Positions 9,462-20,921 of a stretch of 64,000 nt of DNA are shown piece by piece. Each line of letters opens with the position of its first letter. Position 1 is the first letter of the stretch. Under the pieces are notes generated by a model, which saw only the letters and a program-made list of their open reading frames with translations, was not told the DNA's origin and ran no database searches. Made by a program: the position numbers and the translations under genes. Source of the stretch: Alphaproteobacteria bacterium (GTDB taxonomy: Bacteria; Pseudomonadota; Alphaproteobacteria; Caulobacterales; Caulobacteraceae). The stretch is from NCBI GenBank assembly GCA_025350685.1, contig JANXXK010000271.1, positions 1,223 through 65,222 on the forward strand, given 5' to 3'.

Positions 9462-10327
9462 GCCCGGGTGAGCCGGCGGCAGAGGTCGTCGAGCTGTTCG
9501 AGGGTGGCGTATTTGATCCGCACTTCGCCGGCGCCGCCGCGGTCGGTGATATCCACACTCATGCCGAGCACGTCTTCGAGGTCGGTTTCCAGGGCGGCGG
9601 TGTCGGTGTCCTTGGGAGCCTTGCGCGGGCCCGACGACTTCTTCGCGGCGCCGGCCGAGGGCTTGGCCAGCGCCTCGGCGTCGCGGACGGAAAGGCCTTT
9701 ATCAACAATGACTTGGGCCAAGGCCTCGGGATCGGCGGCGCTGAGGATCGCACGGGCATGTCCCGCCGTGAGCCGCCCATAGAGCACATGATCCTGGACG
9801 CTCTGCGGTAGTTGCAGCAGGCGCAGCGTGTTGGCCACATGGCTGCGCGACTTGCCGACCGCCCCGGCGGCCTTGTCCTGGGTGTAGGCCAGGCGCCGCA
9901 TCAGGGAGGCATAGGCCTGGGCCTCCTCCATCGCGTTGAGGTCCTCGCGCTGGACGTTCTCGACGATGGCGATCTCGAAGGCATGGTCGTCGTCGAGCAG
10001 GCGGATCAGCGCAGGGATGACCTTGAGGCCGGCCCTCTGCGCTGCCCGCCAGCGGCGCTCGCCGGCGACGATCTCGTATTCGCCCTCGGTCTTCGGCGAG
10101 GGCCGCACCAGGATCGGCTGCAGCACGCCCTTGTCGCGGATCGAGGCCTCCAGCTCGGCGATCTCGTCGTCGGGGAAGTGGCGGCGCGGCTGTTCGGGAT
10201 TGCCGTGGACCAGCTCAATGGGGATGGCGCGCACCCCCTCGGACGGCTCGACCGCATGCGCAATGTCTTCCGCCTCGCCCAGCAGGGCGGACAGTCCGCG
10301 ACCCAGTCCTCTGCGGCCTTCGGCCAT
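9458..10327 (-). CDS. parB: Chromosome partitioning CTPase ParB
   Basis: GLGRGLSALL, NPEQPRRHF, GVLQPILVR, IVAGERRWRAA, AIVENVQREDLN. Confidence 0.99.
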   Translation of the reverse strand: MAEGRRGLGRGLSALLGEAEDIAHAVEPSEGVRAIPIELVHGNPEQPRRHFPDDEIAELEASIRDKGVLQPILVRPSPKTEGEYEIVAGERRWRAAQRAGLKVIPALIRLLDDDHAFEIAIVENVQREDLNAMEEAQAYASLMRRLAYTQDKAAGAVGKSRSHVANTLRLLQLPQSVQDHVLYGRLTAGHARAILSAADPEALAQVIVDKGLSVRDAEALAKPSAGAAKKSSGPRKAPKDTDTAALETDLEDVLGMSVDITDRGGAGEVRIKYATLEQLDDLCRRLTRA

Positions 10328-10338
10328 TACCTACTCCC

Positions 10339-11151
10339 TCAGGCCAGTACGCGCCGGCGGTCGCGTTCGCGCAACACCACCTCGCGGGCCAGTTTCAGAT
10401 AGGCTTGGCTGCCGGCGCAGGCGAGATCATAGACCAGCGCCGGCTTGCCGAACGACGGCGCCTCGGAGACCCGCACATTGCGCGGGATCACCGTCTGGTA
10501 GACGGTCTCGCCGAAATGGCCGCGCACGTCGTTGGCCACCTGGGACGACAGGCTGTTGCGCCGGTCGTACATGGTCAGCACCACGCCCTGGATCTCCAGC
10601 TTCGGATTGAGGCTGGCGCGGACCAGTTCGATGGTGCGCATCAGCTGGCTGAGGCCCTCCAGCGCGAAGAACTCGCACTGCAGCGGCACCAGCACCGCGT
10701 CGGCGGCGGCCATGGCGTTGACCGTCAGGACGTTCAGCGACGGCGGGCAATCAATGAGCACGTAGGTGTAATCGCCGGCCTCGCGCAGGGGATCCAGCGC
10801 ATCGCGCAGTTTGAACGAGCGCCGCGCGTCCTGGGCCAGTTCCATTTCGACGCCGGAGAGGTCCGGATCGGAGGGCGCCAGGTGCAGGCCGGGCACCGAG
10901 GTCTTCACCACCGCCTCCAGCAGCGTCTTCTCGCCCATCAGCACGTCGTAGAGGGTATATTTGCGCAGCGCCCGGCCGATGCCGAGGCCGGTCGACGCAT
11001 TTCCCTGCGGATCGCTATCGATCAGCAGCACGCGCTCGCCGACCGCGGCCAGCGCCGTGCCGAGGTTGATCGCGGTGGTGGTCTTGCCCACCCCGCCCTT
11101 CTGGTTGGCCACAACCAGAACGCGGAGCGACCGGTCAGACTTTGCGGGCAC
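10339..11151 (-). CDS. parA: Chromosome partitioning ATPase ParA
   Basis: NQKGGVGKTTT deviant Walker A, DPQGNAS, IDCPPSL, IPRNVRVSEAPSFG. Confidence 0.99.
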   Translation of the reverse strand: MPAKSDRSLRVLVVANQKGGVGKTTTAINLGTALAAVGERVLLIDSDPQGNASTGLGIGRALRKYTLYDVLMGEKTLLEAVVKTSVPGLHLAPSDPDLSGVEMELAQDARRSFKLRDALDPLREAGDYTYVLIDCPPSLNVLTVNAMAAADAVLVPLQCEFFALEGLSQLMRTIELVRASLNPKLEIQGVVLTMYDRRNSLSSQVANDVRGHFGETVYQTVIPRNVRVSEAPSFGKPALVYDLACAGSQAYLKLAREVVLRERDRRRVLA

Positions 11152-11809
11152 GGCCGAGCCCTTTCACGCGAACGATGCGGCCACGCGGGTCGCTCTTGGA
11201 GGGTACGACGTCGGCCTCATATTCCCAATATCTAGCGGCTTCCTTCATCTCAGATACCACATCTTGTCCTTTGAGGAACAAACCGGTAGCGCCGGACTGA
11301 AGGTAGGGCTGGGCATACCGGAGCAGGCGGAAGAGCGGCGCACAAGCCCGCGCTGTGACGATCTCCACAGTTAGATCGAGGTTTTCCGCACGCGCGTTGT
11401 GGACGGTGGCCGGCAGGTCGAGGGCCTCGACCACATCGACGAGGAATTTGCAGCGCTTGGTCATGCTCTCCACCAGGTCGACGTGGAAGCCGAGGGTGGT
11501 CTTGCCGAGGATCGCCAGCACCAGGCCCGGCAGGCCGGCGCCGGCCCCCAGATCGGCCCAGGCGCGGGCCTCGGGGGCGAGTTTCAGCAGTTGGGCCGAG
11601 TCCCAGGCATGGCGGGACCAGAAATCCGGCAGCGACGCGGGTCCGACGAGGTTCATCACCTCGTTGCGCTCGGCGAGCATGACCCTGAAGCGCTCCAGGT
11701 CGGCCATCTGGGCGGGCGTGGCGCCGCTGAGGCGGGCAAAGCCTTCGGCGTCCATCAGCGCCGTTACGCCTTCAGGTGGGGTCGCTTCAGGCGGCGCGGC
11801 GGCGGACAT
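11135..11809 (-). CDS. rsmG: 16S rRNA m7G527 methyltransferase (start may be ATG 11755)
   Basis: [33 protein letters not shown]. Confidence 0.97.
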   Translation of the reverse strand: MSAAAPPEATPPEGVTALMDAEGFARLSGATPAQMADLERFRVMLAERNEVMNLVGPASLPDFWSRHAWDSAQLLKLAPEARAWADLGAGAGLPGLVLAILGKTTLGFHVDLVESMTKRCKFLVDVVEALDLPATVHNARAENLDLTVEIVTARACAPLFRLLRYAQPYLQSGATGLFLKGQDVVSEMKEAARYWEYEADVVPSKSDPRGRIVRVKGLGRARKV

Positions 11810-13634
11810 GGGCCAGCAGGGCGGTGAGAGCTCCGGGGGTGACGCCCTCGATGCGGGCGGCCTGGCCGAGGGTCATGGGGCGGACGGCGGCGAGCTTCTC
11901 GCGGGCCTCGTTGGAGAGACCGCCGACCGTGGAATAGTCCAGCTCGGCGGGCAGGGTCAGGTTTTCGTCGCGGCGGAAGGCGGCGATGTCGGCAGCCTGG
12001 CGGTCGAGGTAGCCGGCGTAGGAGGCGTCGATCTCCACCTGCTCGCGCACGGCGGGGGGCCAGGCGGCGATCTGCGGCCACACACGCGCCAGGTTGTCGA
12101 AGCCGATCGACGGATAGGCGAGCAATTCGGTGAGGTTGCGCCGCTGGCCGTCGGCCTTGACCGGCAGGCCGGCCTTTTCGGCCTGGGAGGACGTCAGCGT
12201 AAGGCCGGCGGCGGCGGCGCGGGCTTCGGCCAGCCCCCTCGCCTTCTCGCCGAAGGCCTTGGCGCGGACGGAGCCGACCGCGCCCAGGGCCTCGCCCTTG
12301 GCGGTCAGCCGCTGGTCGGCGTTGTCGGCGCGCAGGATCAGGCGGAATTCGGCGCGGCTGGTGAACATCCGATAGGGCTCGGTGACCCCGCGGGTGACCA
12401 GGTCGTCGATCAGCACGCCGATATAGGCCTCGTCGCGGGCGAAGGACGCCGCATCGGCCCCGGAGGCGGCGCGGGCGGCATTGAGGCCGGCGACCAGGCC
12501 CTGGGCGCCCGCTTCCTCGTAGCCGGTGGTGCCGTTGATCTGACCGGCCAGGTAGAGCCCGGGCAGCGCCTTGACCTCCAGCGTCGGGTAGAGCTCGCGG
12601 GGGTCGACGTAGTCGTACTCGATGGCGTAGCCGTAGCGCTTCACCTGCACGGCCTGCAGACCGGGAATGGTGCGCAGGAAGAGATCCTGGGTCTCCTCGC
12701 TCACCGAGGTGGAGATACCGTTCGGATAGACCGTGTTGTCGTCCAGGCCCTCGGGCTCGAGGAAGATCTGGTGGCTGTCGCGCTCGGCGAAGCGGACCAC
12801 CTTGTCCTCGATGGAGGGGCAATAGCGGGGCCCGACGCCGGTGGTCTTGCCGCCATAGACCGCGGATTCGCCGAGGCGCTCGGCGATGATCTTGTGGGTT
12901 TCGGCGGTGGTGTAGGTGATGCCGCACTCGATCTGGCGGGTGGTGATGGACCGGGTCAGGAAGGAGAACGGCACGGGCTCGGCGTCGGCGGCCTGCATTT
13001 CCAGGCGGTCCCAGGCGATAGTGGAGCCGTCGAGGCGGGCCGGCGTGCCGGTCTTCAGCCGGCCCATGCGCAGGCCCGAGGCATAGAGGCGGTCGGCTAG
13101 GCCGATGGCGGGCGCGTCGCCTACGCGGCCGGCGGCGATCCGCTCGTCGCCCCGGTGGATCACGCCTTTGAGGAAGGTGCCGGTGGTCAGCACTACCCGG
13201 GCGGCGCGGTAGGCCGTCCCGCTCGCGCCCAGGACACCGACGACCACGCCATCCTCGACGATCAGATCCTCGACCGCTTCGGGGAGGAGCGAAAGGTTTG
13301 GGGTCTGGACCAGTTCGGCCTGCATGGCCTCGCGGTAGAGCTTGCGGTCGATCTGCGAGCGCGGGCCGCGCACGGCGGCGCCCTTTGAGCGGTTCAGCAG
13401 GCGAAACTGGATGCCGGCCTGGTCGCCGAGGCGGGCCATCAGGCCGTCGAGGGCGTCGATCTCGCGGACCAGGTGGCCCTTGCCCAGGCCGCCGATCGCC
13501 GGGTTGCAGCTCATCTCGCCGATGGTCTCGAGCTTGTGGGTGAGCAGGAGCGTGCGCGCGCCGAACCGCGCCGAGGCGGCCGCCGCCTCGCAGCCGGCGT
13601 GGCCGCCGCCGATGATGATTACGTCCCAAGTCAT
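11787..13634 (-). CDS. mnmG: tRNA uridine 5-carboxymethylaminomethyl modification enzyme MnmG (GidA)
   Basis: [48 protein letters not shown]. Confidence 0.99.
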   Translation of the reverse strand: MTWDVIIIGGGHAGCEAAAASARFGARTLLLTHKLETIGEMSCNPAIGGLGKGHLVREIDALDGLMARLGDQAGIQFRLLNRSKGAAVRGPRSQIDRKLYREAMQAELVQTPNLSLLPEAVEDLIVEDGVVVGVLGASGTAYRAARVVLTTGTFLKGVIHRGDERIAAGRVGDAPAIGLADRLYASGLRMGRLKTGTPARLDGSTIAWDRLEMQAADAEPVPFSFLTRSITTRQIECGITYTTAETHKIIAERLGESAVYGGKTTGVGPRYCPSIEDKVVRFAERDSHQIFLEPEGLDDNTVYPNGISTSVSEETQDLFLRTIPGLQAVQVKRYGYAIEYDYVDPRELYPTLEVKALPGLYLAGQINGTTGYEEAGAQGLVAGLNAARAASGADAASFARDEAYIGVLIDDLVTRGVTEPYRMFTSRAEFRLILRADNADQRLTAKGEALGAVGSVRAKAFGEKARGLAEARAAAAGLTLTSSQAEKAGLPVKADGQRRNLTELLAYPSIGFDNLARVWPQIAAWPPAVREQVEIDASYAGYLDRQAADIAAFRRDENLTLPAELDYSTVGGLSNEAREKLAAVRPMTLGQAARIEGVTPGALTALLAHVRRRAA

Positions 13635-13681
13635 AGAGAGGGCCAAGTCATGGAGCGCTGCATATAGTCGAAGGGCGACAG

Positions 13682-13697
13682 TGTTTCACGTGAAACA
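13682..13697. promoter_or_regulatory. parS: parS centromere site
   Basis: Perfect tgtttcacgtgaaaca palindrome upstream of the mnmG-parAB operon. Confidence 0.97.
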
Positions 13698-13710
13698 ACG
13701 ATGGCGGCTG

Positions 13711-13740
13711 TGGATCCCCGCTTTCGCGGGGATGACTCGC
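13711..13740. repeat. REP-like palindrome (copy A)
   Basis: tggATCCCCGC-tttc-GCGGGGATgactcgc; nearly identical to the copy at 52328. Confidence 0.8.
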
Positions 13741-13746
13741 TGCGCG

Positions 13747-15052
<1,306 letters not shown>

Positions 15053-15060
15053 TCGCCCTT

Positions 15061-15105
15061 CTTCACGTCTTGGGGCTTCACGTCTTGAGGCTTCACTTCT
15101 TGGGG
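15061..15105. repeat. 15-bp tandem repeat x3 (cttcacgtcttgggg / cttcacgtcttgagg / cttcacttcttgggg)
   Basis: Read directly; places three in-frame TGA codons at the end of the DUF6489 gene. Confidence 0.85.
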
Positions 15106-15335
15106 GCGGCGGCGCTCAGGCCCACGTCCATCAGCTTGCGGAACTGCTCCTGGGCGCCGGCGCCGAAGCTCATCCAGTTCTTCACCAGCTCGTCGGGCGA
15201 GATCATCGCCATGTTGGCGTCAATGCGCTTCTTCATCTCGCCCACCAGATGGTCGTTGAGCGTGCTGACGTCGGGCAGTCCGAGGAACCGCCGGGCCTCC
15301 TCGGGCGTGCAATCCACTTCGATGGTCATTTTCAT
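15093..15335 (-). CDS. DUF6489 family small protein
   Basis: [23 protein letters not shown]...PDELVKNWM. Confidence 0.8.
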   Translation of the reverse strand: MKMTIEVDCTPEEARRFLGLPDVSTLNDHLVGEMKKRIDANMAMISPDELVKNWMSFGAGAQEQFRKLMDVGLSAAAPKK

Positions 15336-15438
15336 GCGAGCCAAGCTCCCGTTTCGGATTCCATATGGCCGCGCAGCGGCCCCGCGCGCTAGTAGCGAGC
15401 GCAACAAACACCCCCAAACGGCAAAACCGGAGACGACC

Positions 15439-16134
15439 ATGGGCGAGCGCACGACGATCACCACCAAGGACGGCTCGTTCAGCGCCTATGTGGCCAGGCC
15501 CGGCACATCGCCGGCCCCGGCGGTCGTGGTGATCCAGGAGATTTTCGGGGTGAACCAGGTCATGCGCGACATCACCGATGGCCTGGCCGGCCAGGGCTAT
15601 CTGGCGATCTGCCCGGACCTGTTCTGGCGGATCGAGCCCGGGATCGACATCACCGACCAGTCGGAGGCCGAGTGGAAACGGGCCTTCGAACTGTTCAACG
15701 CCTTCGATGTGGACCTGGGCGTCGGCGACGTGGCCGCCACGCTCAGCCATATCCGCGACGACATCGGCTGCAGCGGCAAGGCCGGCGCCGTCGGCTTCTG
15801 CCTGGGCGGGGCGCTGGCCTTCCTCACCGCCACACGCACCGACGTGGATGCGGCCGTTTCCTACTACGGCGTCGGCATTGAGAACCGGGTGGCCGAGGCG
15901 GCGAAGCTGGCCCATCCGCTGTTGATGCACATCGCCGAGGAGGATCAATTCGTGCCAAAGCCGGCGCAGGCGCTGATCCAGGCGGCCCTGAAGGACAATC
16001 CCCGGATCGAGTTGTTTAGTTACCCCGGCTGCGACCATGCCTTCGCCCGCCACGGCGGCGAGCACTTCAACCCAGCCGCGGCCGAACTGGCCGGCCAGCG
16101 CACGCTGGCCTTCTTCCAAAGGACCCTCGGCTGA
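15439..16134 (+). CDS. Dienelactone hydrolase family protein
   Basis: VIQEIFGVN, GAVGFCLGG, YPGCDHAF. Confidence 0.93.
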   Translation: MGERTTITTKDGSFSAYVARPGTSPAPAVVVIQEIFGVNQVMRDITDGLAGQGYLAICPDLFWRIEPGIDITDQSEAEWKRAFELFNAFDVDLGVGDVAATLSHIRDDIGCSGKAGAVGFCLGGALAFLTATRTDVDAAVSYYGVGIENRVAEAAKLAHPLLMHIAEEDQFVPKPAQALIQAALKDNPRIELFSYPGCDHAFARHGGEHFNPAAAELAGQRTLAFFQRTLG

Positions 16135-17102
16135 TGCGCGCGATTCGTTTCGAACAGACCGGCGGCCCTGAGGTTCTGCAGCTCATCGACGCCCCGACCC
16201 CGACGCCGGGACCTAGCCAGGTGCTGGTCCGCCACGTCGCCATAGGGGTCAACTTCATCGACACCTATCATCGCACCGGCCTCTATCCGGTGAAGCTGCC
16301 CTGCATCCCGGGCGGGGAGGCCGCCGGCGATGTCGAGGCGATCGGCGAACGGGTCACCCGCTTCAAGGTCGGCGACTCGGTTGCCTATGCCGGCGGGTTC
16401 GGAGCCTACGCCGAGTGCAACGTGGTCCCCGAGACGCGCCTCGTGGCCGTACCGCCCAGCCTTGGACCCGTTGCCGCCGCCGCCGCCCTGCTGAAAGGCA
16501 TGACCGTCGAATTCCTGCTACGGCGCTGCCACCCGGTGAGAGCCGGCGAGACGATCCTGGTCCATGCCGCCGTGGGCGGTGTCGGCCAGCTCATGGTGCA
16601 GTGGGCTAAGGCCCTGGGCGCCGAGGTGATCGCGACCGTTGGGTCTGAGGATAAGGCCGCGCGAGCACGCGAACTCGGCGCCGACCACGTGATCCTGTAC
16701 CGCGAGCAGGACGTCGCCGCTGAGGTGAAGCGGATCACCGGAGGCAAGGGCGTTCCGGTGGCCTATGACTCGGTCGGCAAGGATACCTTCGATGGCACCC
16801 TGGGCAGTCTCGCTCGCCGCGGGCTTTTCGTCAGCTTTGGCAACGCCTCAGGGCCGCCCGCCCCCGTGCCGCCGGGCCGCTTGGCGCAGGCCGGTTCGCT
16901 GTTTCTGACGCGCCCCACCCTGTTTGACTACATCGCGACGCCGGAAGAGCTGGACGCCAGCGCCGAGGCGCTTTGGGACGTCCTGGGTTCGGGCGCGGTG
17001 AAGGTGCGGGTCGGCCAGACGTTCCCGCTGGCGGAGGCGCGGGCGGCGCATGAGGCGCTGGAAAGCCGGTCGACAATCGGGGCGAGTTTGTTGATTCCGT
17101 AG
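16134..17102 (+). CDS. qor: NADPH:quinone oxidoreductase (zeta-crystallin type)
   Basis: GVNFIDTYHRTGLY, HAAVGGVG, YDSVGKDTF, FGNASG, FLTRPTL. Confidence 0.93.
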   Translation: MRAIRFEQTGGPEVLQLIDAPTPTPGPSQVLVRHVAIGVNFIDTYHRTGLYPVKLPCIPGGEAAGDVEAIGERVTRFKVGDSVAYAGGFGAYAECNVVPETRLVAVPPSLGPVAAAAALLKGMTVEFLLRRCHPVRAGETILVHAAVGGVGQLMVQWAKALGAEVIATVGSEDKAARARELGADHVILYREQDVAAEVKRITGGKGVPVAYDSVGKDTFDGTLGSLARRGLFVSFGNASGPPAPVPPGRLAQAGSLFLTRPTLFDYIATPEELDASAEALWDVLGSGAVKVRVGQTFPLAEARAAHEALESRSTIGASLLIP

Positions 17103-17107
17103 GTCGG

Positions 17108-17123
17108 TGTTTCACGTGAAACA
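17108..17123. promoter_or_regulatory. parS: parS centromere site
   Basis: Perfect tgtttcacgtgaaaca (extends to gtgtttcacgtgaaacac) between the convergent qor and GST genes. Confidence 0.97.
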
Positions 17124-17146
17124 CAAGTAGAACGGGTAGGGCCGGG

Positions 17147-17739
17147 TCAGGCCAAGCCATACGCCCGCCGGTAGGCCGGGCGGGCTCGAGCCGGTCCCGG
17201 TAAGCGCACACCGCCGGCGGTAGGAGATCTCCGAGACCCAGCGGCATCGCGCGGCTCAATATGAAGCCCAACGAGAGGTCTGCCAGCGTCAGACGACCCG
17301 CGACCAGAAACGATCTCCCGTCGCCTAGCTCTTCCGCGATCGCCGCCGCTCGCAACGCGAAATTCTCCCTCGCATCCGTCAGGATCGCCTCGGCGAATCC
17401 GCCGAAGCGGCGGGCCCACACGGTCGGCGGGGTCAACGTACTTTCGCCGAAGTGGATGAACTGCAGATAGGCGAGATAGTCGGGGTGGTCAGGCTCCAGG
17501 GTCAGGTTTCCGCCGTACCGCCGGCTGACATACTCGCAGATCACCAAGCTTTCGGTGAGCCGCACCGAGCCGTCCACCAACGCCGGGACGGTGCCGCCGG
17601 GACTGATCGCCAGGAACTCGGGGTGATGCAGCCGCGGCGGAAAGCGCAGCTCGACCACCTCGTAGGGCGCCCCAACCTCCTCAAGCGCCCAGAGCGCCCG
17701 TCGTGAACGAGTGGGTCCACTGGCGTAGAGCTGGATCAC
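17147..17739 (-). pseudogene. Glutathione S-transferase with apparent 1-nt frameshift near 17185-17190 (probably a sequencing error)
   Basis: RSRRALWALEE, ISPGGTVPAL, TESLVICEY, LTLADL. The normal C-terminus ARPAYRRAYGLA* is in another frame; without the shift the ORF reads through parS into qor. Confidence 0.8.
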
Positions 17740-17754
17740 CTCAGGCTGGCCTTC

Positions 17755-19194
17755 CTACGTGTTCATCGACTGGAAGAATTCCTCGTTGGTCTTCGAGGAG
17801 CGCAGCTTGTCGAGCAGGAACTCGATGGCGTCCTGGGCGCCCATCGGCCCCAGGATGCGGCGCAGGATGTAGGTCTTGGTCAGGTGCTCCTTGGGCGTGA
17901 TCAGCTCCTCCTTGCGGGTGCCGGACTTGATCACGTCGATGGCCGGATAGACCCGCTTGTCGGCGACCTTGCGGTCGAGCACGATTTCCGAGTTACCGGT
18001 GCCCTTGAACTCTTCGAAGATCACCTCGTCCATCCGGCTGCCGGTGTCGATCAGGGCGGTGGCGATGATGGTCAGCGAGCCGCCTTCCTCGATGTTCCGC
18101 GCAGCGCCAAAGAAGCGCTTGGGGCGCTGCAGGGCGTTGGCGTCGACACCGCCGGTCAGCACCTTGCCGGACGACGGCACGACGGTGTTGTAGGCGCGGC
18201 CAAGCCTGGTGACGGAGTCGAGAAGGATCACCACGTCACGCTTGTGCTCGACCAGGCGCTTGGCTTTTTCGATAACCATTTCCGCGACTTGCACGTGCCG
18301 CGTGGCAGGCTCGTCGAAGGTCGAGGAGATTACCTCGCCCTTCACCGTGCGCTGCATGTCGGTGACTTCTTCCGGGCGCTCGTCGATGAGCAGGACGATC
18401 AGGTAGCACTCGGGGTGGTTGGTCTCGATCGACTTGGCGATGTTCTGCAGCATCACCGTCTTGCCGACGCGCGGCGGCGAGGTGATCAGGCAGCGCTGGC
18501 CCTTGCCGAGCGGGGCGACGATGTCGATCACCCGGCCGGAGCGGTCCTTCAGCGTCGGGTCATCGATCTCCATCTTCAGCCGCTGGTCGGGATAGAGCGG
18601 CGTCAAGTTGTCGAACAGCACCTTGTGGCGGACGTTCTCGGGGTTCTCGAAGTTGGTCAGGTCGACCTTGACCAAGGCGAAGTAGCGCTCGCCCTCGCGC
18701 GGGGCGCGGATGGCGCCGTCGACCGTGTCGCCGGTCCTGAGGCCGAACTTCCGGATCTGCGAGGGCGAGACATAGATGTCGTCGGGTCCGGGCAGGTAAT
18801 TGGCCTCGGGCGAGCGCAGGAAGCCGAAGCCGTCCTGGACGACCTCAAGGGTGCCCGAGCCGGAGATCTCCACGCCCTCTTCGGCCAGGGTCTTGAGGAT
18901 CGCGAACATGATGTCCTGCTTGCGCATGGAGTTCACGTTTTCGATCTCGAACAGTTCGGCGAACGCCAGCAGGTCGGCCGGCGCCTTATCCTTCAGCTCC
19001 TGCAGGCTCATCCGGGTCAGCCCCATCTTGGCGATGGTGTTGGCGACTTCGGAGGGCTCGTCGGCGTCGCCGTTGTCGGCGTCTTCGGCCGCGGCTTCAG
19101 CGGCGGTGGTGTCGACCGCAGTTTCGACCGCCTCGGCCATTTCAGGCGCGGCGGTGTCTTCCGGGGTGGTGGTGTCGTTGGTGTCGTCTTGCAT
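17755..19194 (-). CDS. rho: Transcription termination factor Rho with acidic N-terminal extension (alternative GTG start 19203)
   Basis: [24 protein letters not shown]...[28 protein letters not shown]. Confidence 0.99.
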   Translation of the reverse strand: MQDDTNDTTTPEDTAAPEMAEAVETAVDTTAAEAAAEDADNGDADEPSEVANTIAKMGLTRMSLQELKDKAPADLLAFAELFEIENVNSMRKQDIMFAILKTLAEEGVEISGSGTLEVVQDGFGFLRSPEANYLPGPDDIYVSPSQIRKFGLRTGDTVDGAIRAPREGERYFALVKVDLTNFENPENVRHKVLFDNLTPLYPDQRLKMEIDDPTLKDRSGRVIDIVAPLGKGQRCLITSPPRVGKTVMLQNIAKSIETNHPECYLIVLLIDERPEEVTDMQRTVKGEVISSTFDEPATRHVQVAEMVIEKAKRLVEHKRDVVILLDSVTRLGRAYNTVVPSSGKVLTGGVDANALQRPKRFFGAARNIEEGGSLTIIATALIDTGSRMDEVIFEEFKGTGNSEIVLDRKVADKRVYPAIDVIKSGTRKEELITPKEHLTKTYILRRILGPMGAQDAIEFLLDKLRSSKTNEEFFQSMNT

Positions 19195-19423
19195 TGAAAT
19201 CACTCGTGTTTGCCCGCAAACCGGACAGACTCCGGGCGCAGGCTTTTAGATGATGTGGGCACCGTTAAGCGCCGGATGTCGTCGTCTTCTTTGGGAGCCG
19301 GACAGCTGCGCGGTGATCCTGCGCGGCGCCGGAGATAAGGCGGGGCGCGCCCTTGTCGGGGACGCGTGGGCGATCAGGACCACAAAACCAGGGCTCGGGT
19401 CAAGGAATCCGGTGTCTGGTCCG

Positions 19424-19882
19424 CTACCGGAAGGTGAACTCGGTGGTCACCGCCAGCACCATGATCACCGCGGCGATGAACGGCAGCTCGTTGGTGGCGC
19501 GCCAGAACTTGGCGGTGCGGGGGCGCTCACCGGCCTCGATCTTCTTGCGGGAGGTGGCCAGAAAGCCGTGCCAGACGCTGAGGAAGATGATCCCGGCGAT
19601 TTTGGTCAGCATCCAGGGGGTGAGCAGGAAGCTCCAGCCGAGGCGCTGCGCGCCGTCGACATAGATCAGCGCTCCGCCGAAGACGAACGTCAGGGCCATC
19701 GCCGGATTGATGATGATCCGCAGGAGCTTGGCTTCCCACACCTTGAAGTGGGCGTCGAACTCGCTGCCCGGCGGCGCGGTCTCGGTGTGGTAGGCGAACA
19801 GCCTGGGCAGGTACATCATGCCGCTCATCCAGGCGATGACGCAGATGATGTGCAGGCCGCGCAGCAGGTCGTACCAATTCAC
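19424..19882 (-). CDS. hemJ: Protoporphyrinogen oxidase HemJ
   Basis: LHIICVIAWMSGMMYLPRLFAYH, ERKLL-like WEAKLLRIIINPAM, RATNELP. Confidence 0.95.
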   Translation of the reverse strand: MNWYDLLRGLHIICVIAWMSGMMYLPRLFAYHTETAPPGSEFDAHFKVWEAKLLRIIINPAMALTFVFGGALIYVDGAQRLGWSFLLTPWMLTKIAGIIFLSVWHGFLATSRKKIEAGERPRTAKFWRATNELPFIAAVIMVLAVTTEFTFR

Positions 19883-19883
19883 G

Positions 19884-20921
19884 TCAGGCGGCCTCCCCCG
19901 GTCTCAGCGGGCATTTCGCATGGCCGGCCGGGCAGCGCCAGGGTCCGCAGGGGCCGATCACCGCGGCGCGTCCGGCAGCCTCGAGGACAGAACGGGCCAA
20001 ACCCTCGATGAAGCTCGGCGTTACGCCCGGCGTTGGGGCGCGCAGGTAGGGCGTGCAGCCTGCCTCGCGGGCGATCTTGGCATAGTCGTCGTCAAGCTCC
20101 ACCAGCGTCTCGACGTGCTCGGAGACGAAGGCGATCGGGGCGATCAGCGCGCCCTTCCCGTCGGTGGCGGCGCGGCGGATCTCCTCCTCGGTGGCCGGCT
20201 CTAGCCATTTGAGGCGGCCGACCTTGCTCTGGAAACAAACCCGCCAGTCGGCGAGCTCCGGCAGCGCCGCGGCGATAGCCGCCGCGGTGCCTTCGACCTG
20301 GGCGCGATAGGGATCGCCGGCGTCGACCACTTGCTGCGGCAGCCCATGGGCGGAGAACAGCAGCCGGATGTTCGCGGGCTGGCCGGCGTCTTGCCAAGTC
20401 TTGCGGATCGCCTGGACCTGGGCGTCGACCAGACCATGCTCGGTGGGATAGCAGCAGACGGTGCGCGATACACCTGGGCCCTGGTAGGTACTGAGCCAAT
20501 CCCTGAGCGAGGACGCGGTCGTGGTGGTCGAGTACTGCGGATAGAGCGGCAGCAGGACGATCTTGTCCGGTGCGAACGCCGCCACCTCGCGCGCGGTCTC
20601 GGCCGCGAACGGCTTCCAGTAGCGCATGGCGATGAAGCAGCGGACCTCCGTGTCCGGCGCCCTGCCTTGCAGCTCCGCCTGCAGCGACTGCGCTTGGGCC
20701 CGGGTCTCCGGCAGCAACGGCGAGGCGCCGCCCATCTTGGCATAGTTGGCCTGGGCGGATCGGTTGCGGGTCGTCGAGATCAGCGCGGCCAGCGGATAGC
20801 GCGCCACCGCCGGCAGGGTGATGATGGCGGAATCTCGGAAGAGATTGAAAAGGAAAGGCTTTACGGCCTTCAAGCTGTCCGGGCCACCAAGATTGAACAG
20901 GACGACGGCGAGCCTGGTCAC
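19884..20921 (-). CDS. hemH: Ferrochelatase
   Basis: GTG start; VLFNLGGP, AMRYWKP, LYPQYSTTT, LFSAHGLP, GDPY, FVSEHVETLVEL. Confidence 0.98.
   Translation of the reverse strand: MTRLAVVLFNLGGPDSLKAVKPFLFNLFRDSAIITLPAVARYPLAALISTTRNRSAQANYAKMGGASPLLPETRAQAQSLQAELQGRAPDTEVRCFIAMRYWKPFAAETAREVAAFAPDKIVLLPLYPQYSTTTTASSLRDWLSTYQGPGVSRTVCCYPTEHGLVDAQVQAIRKTWQDAGQPANIRLLFSAHGLPQQVVDAGDPYRAQVEGTAAAIAAALPELADWRVCFQSKVGRLKWLEPATEEEIRRAATDGKGALIAPIAFVSEHVETLVELDDDYAKIAREAGCTPYLRAPTPGVTPSFIEGLARSVLEAAGRAAVIGPCGPWRCPAGHAKCPLRPGEAA

Noticed and set aside
11159-11174. Third parS site (cctttcacgcgaacga) near the parA start
   Set aside because: Five mismatches to consensus and explained by rsmG codons (RIVRVKG).
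15061-15105. Short repeats (also 46081-46119 and 1076-1107) as a CRISPR array
   Set aside because: Units are 14-16 bp and directly adjacent with no spacers; no cas genes in the window.
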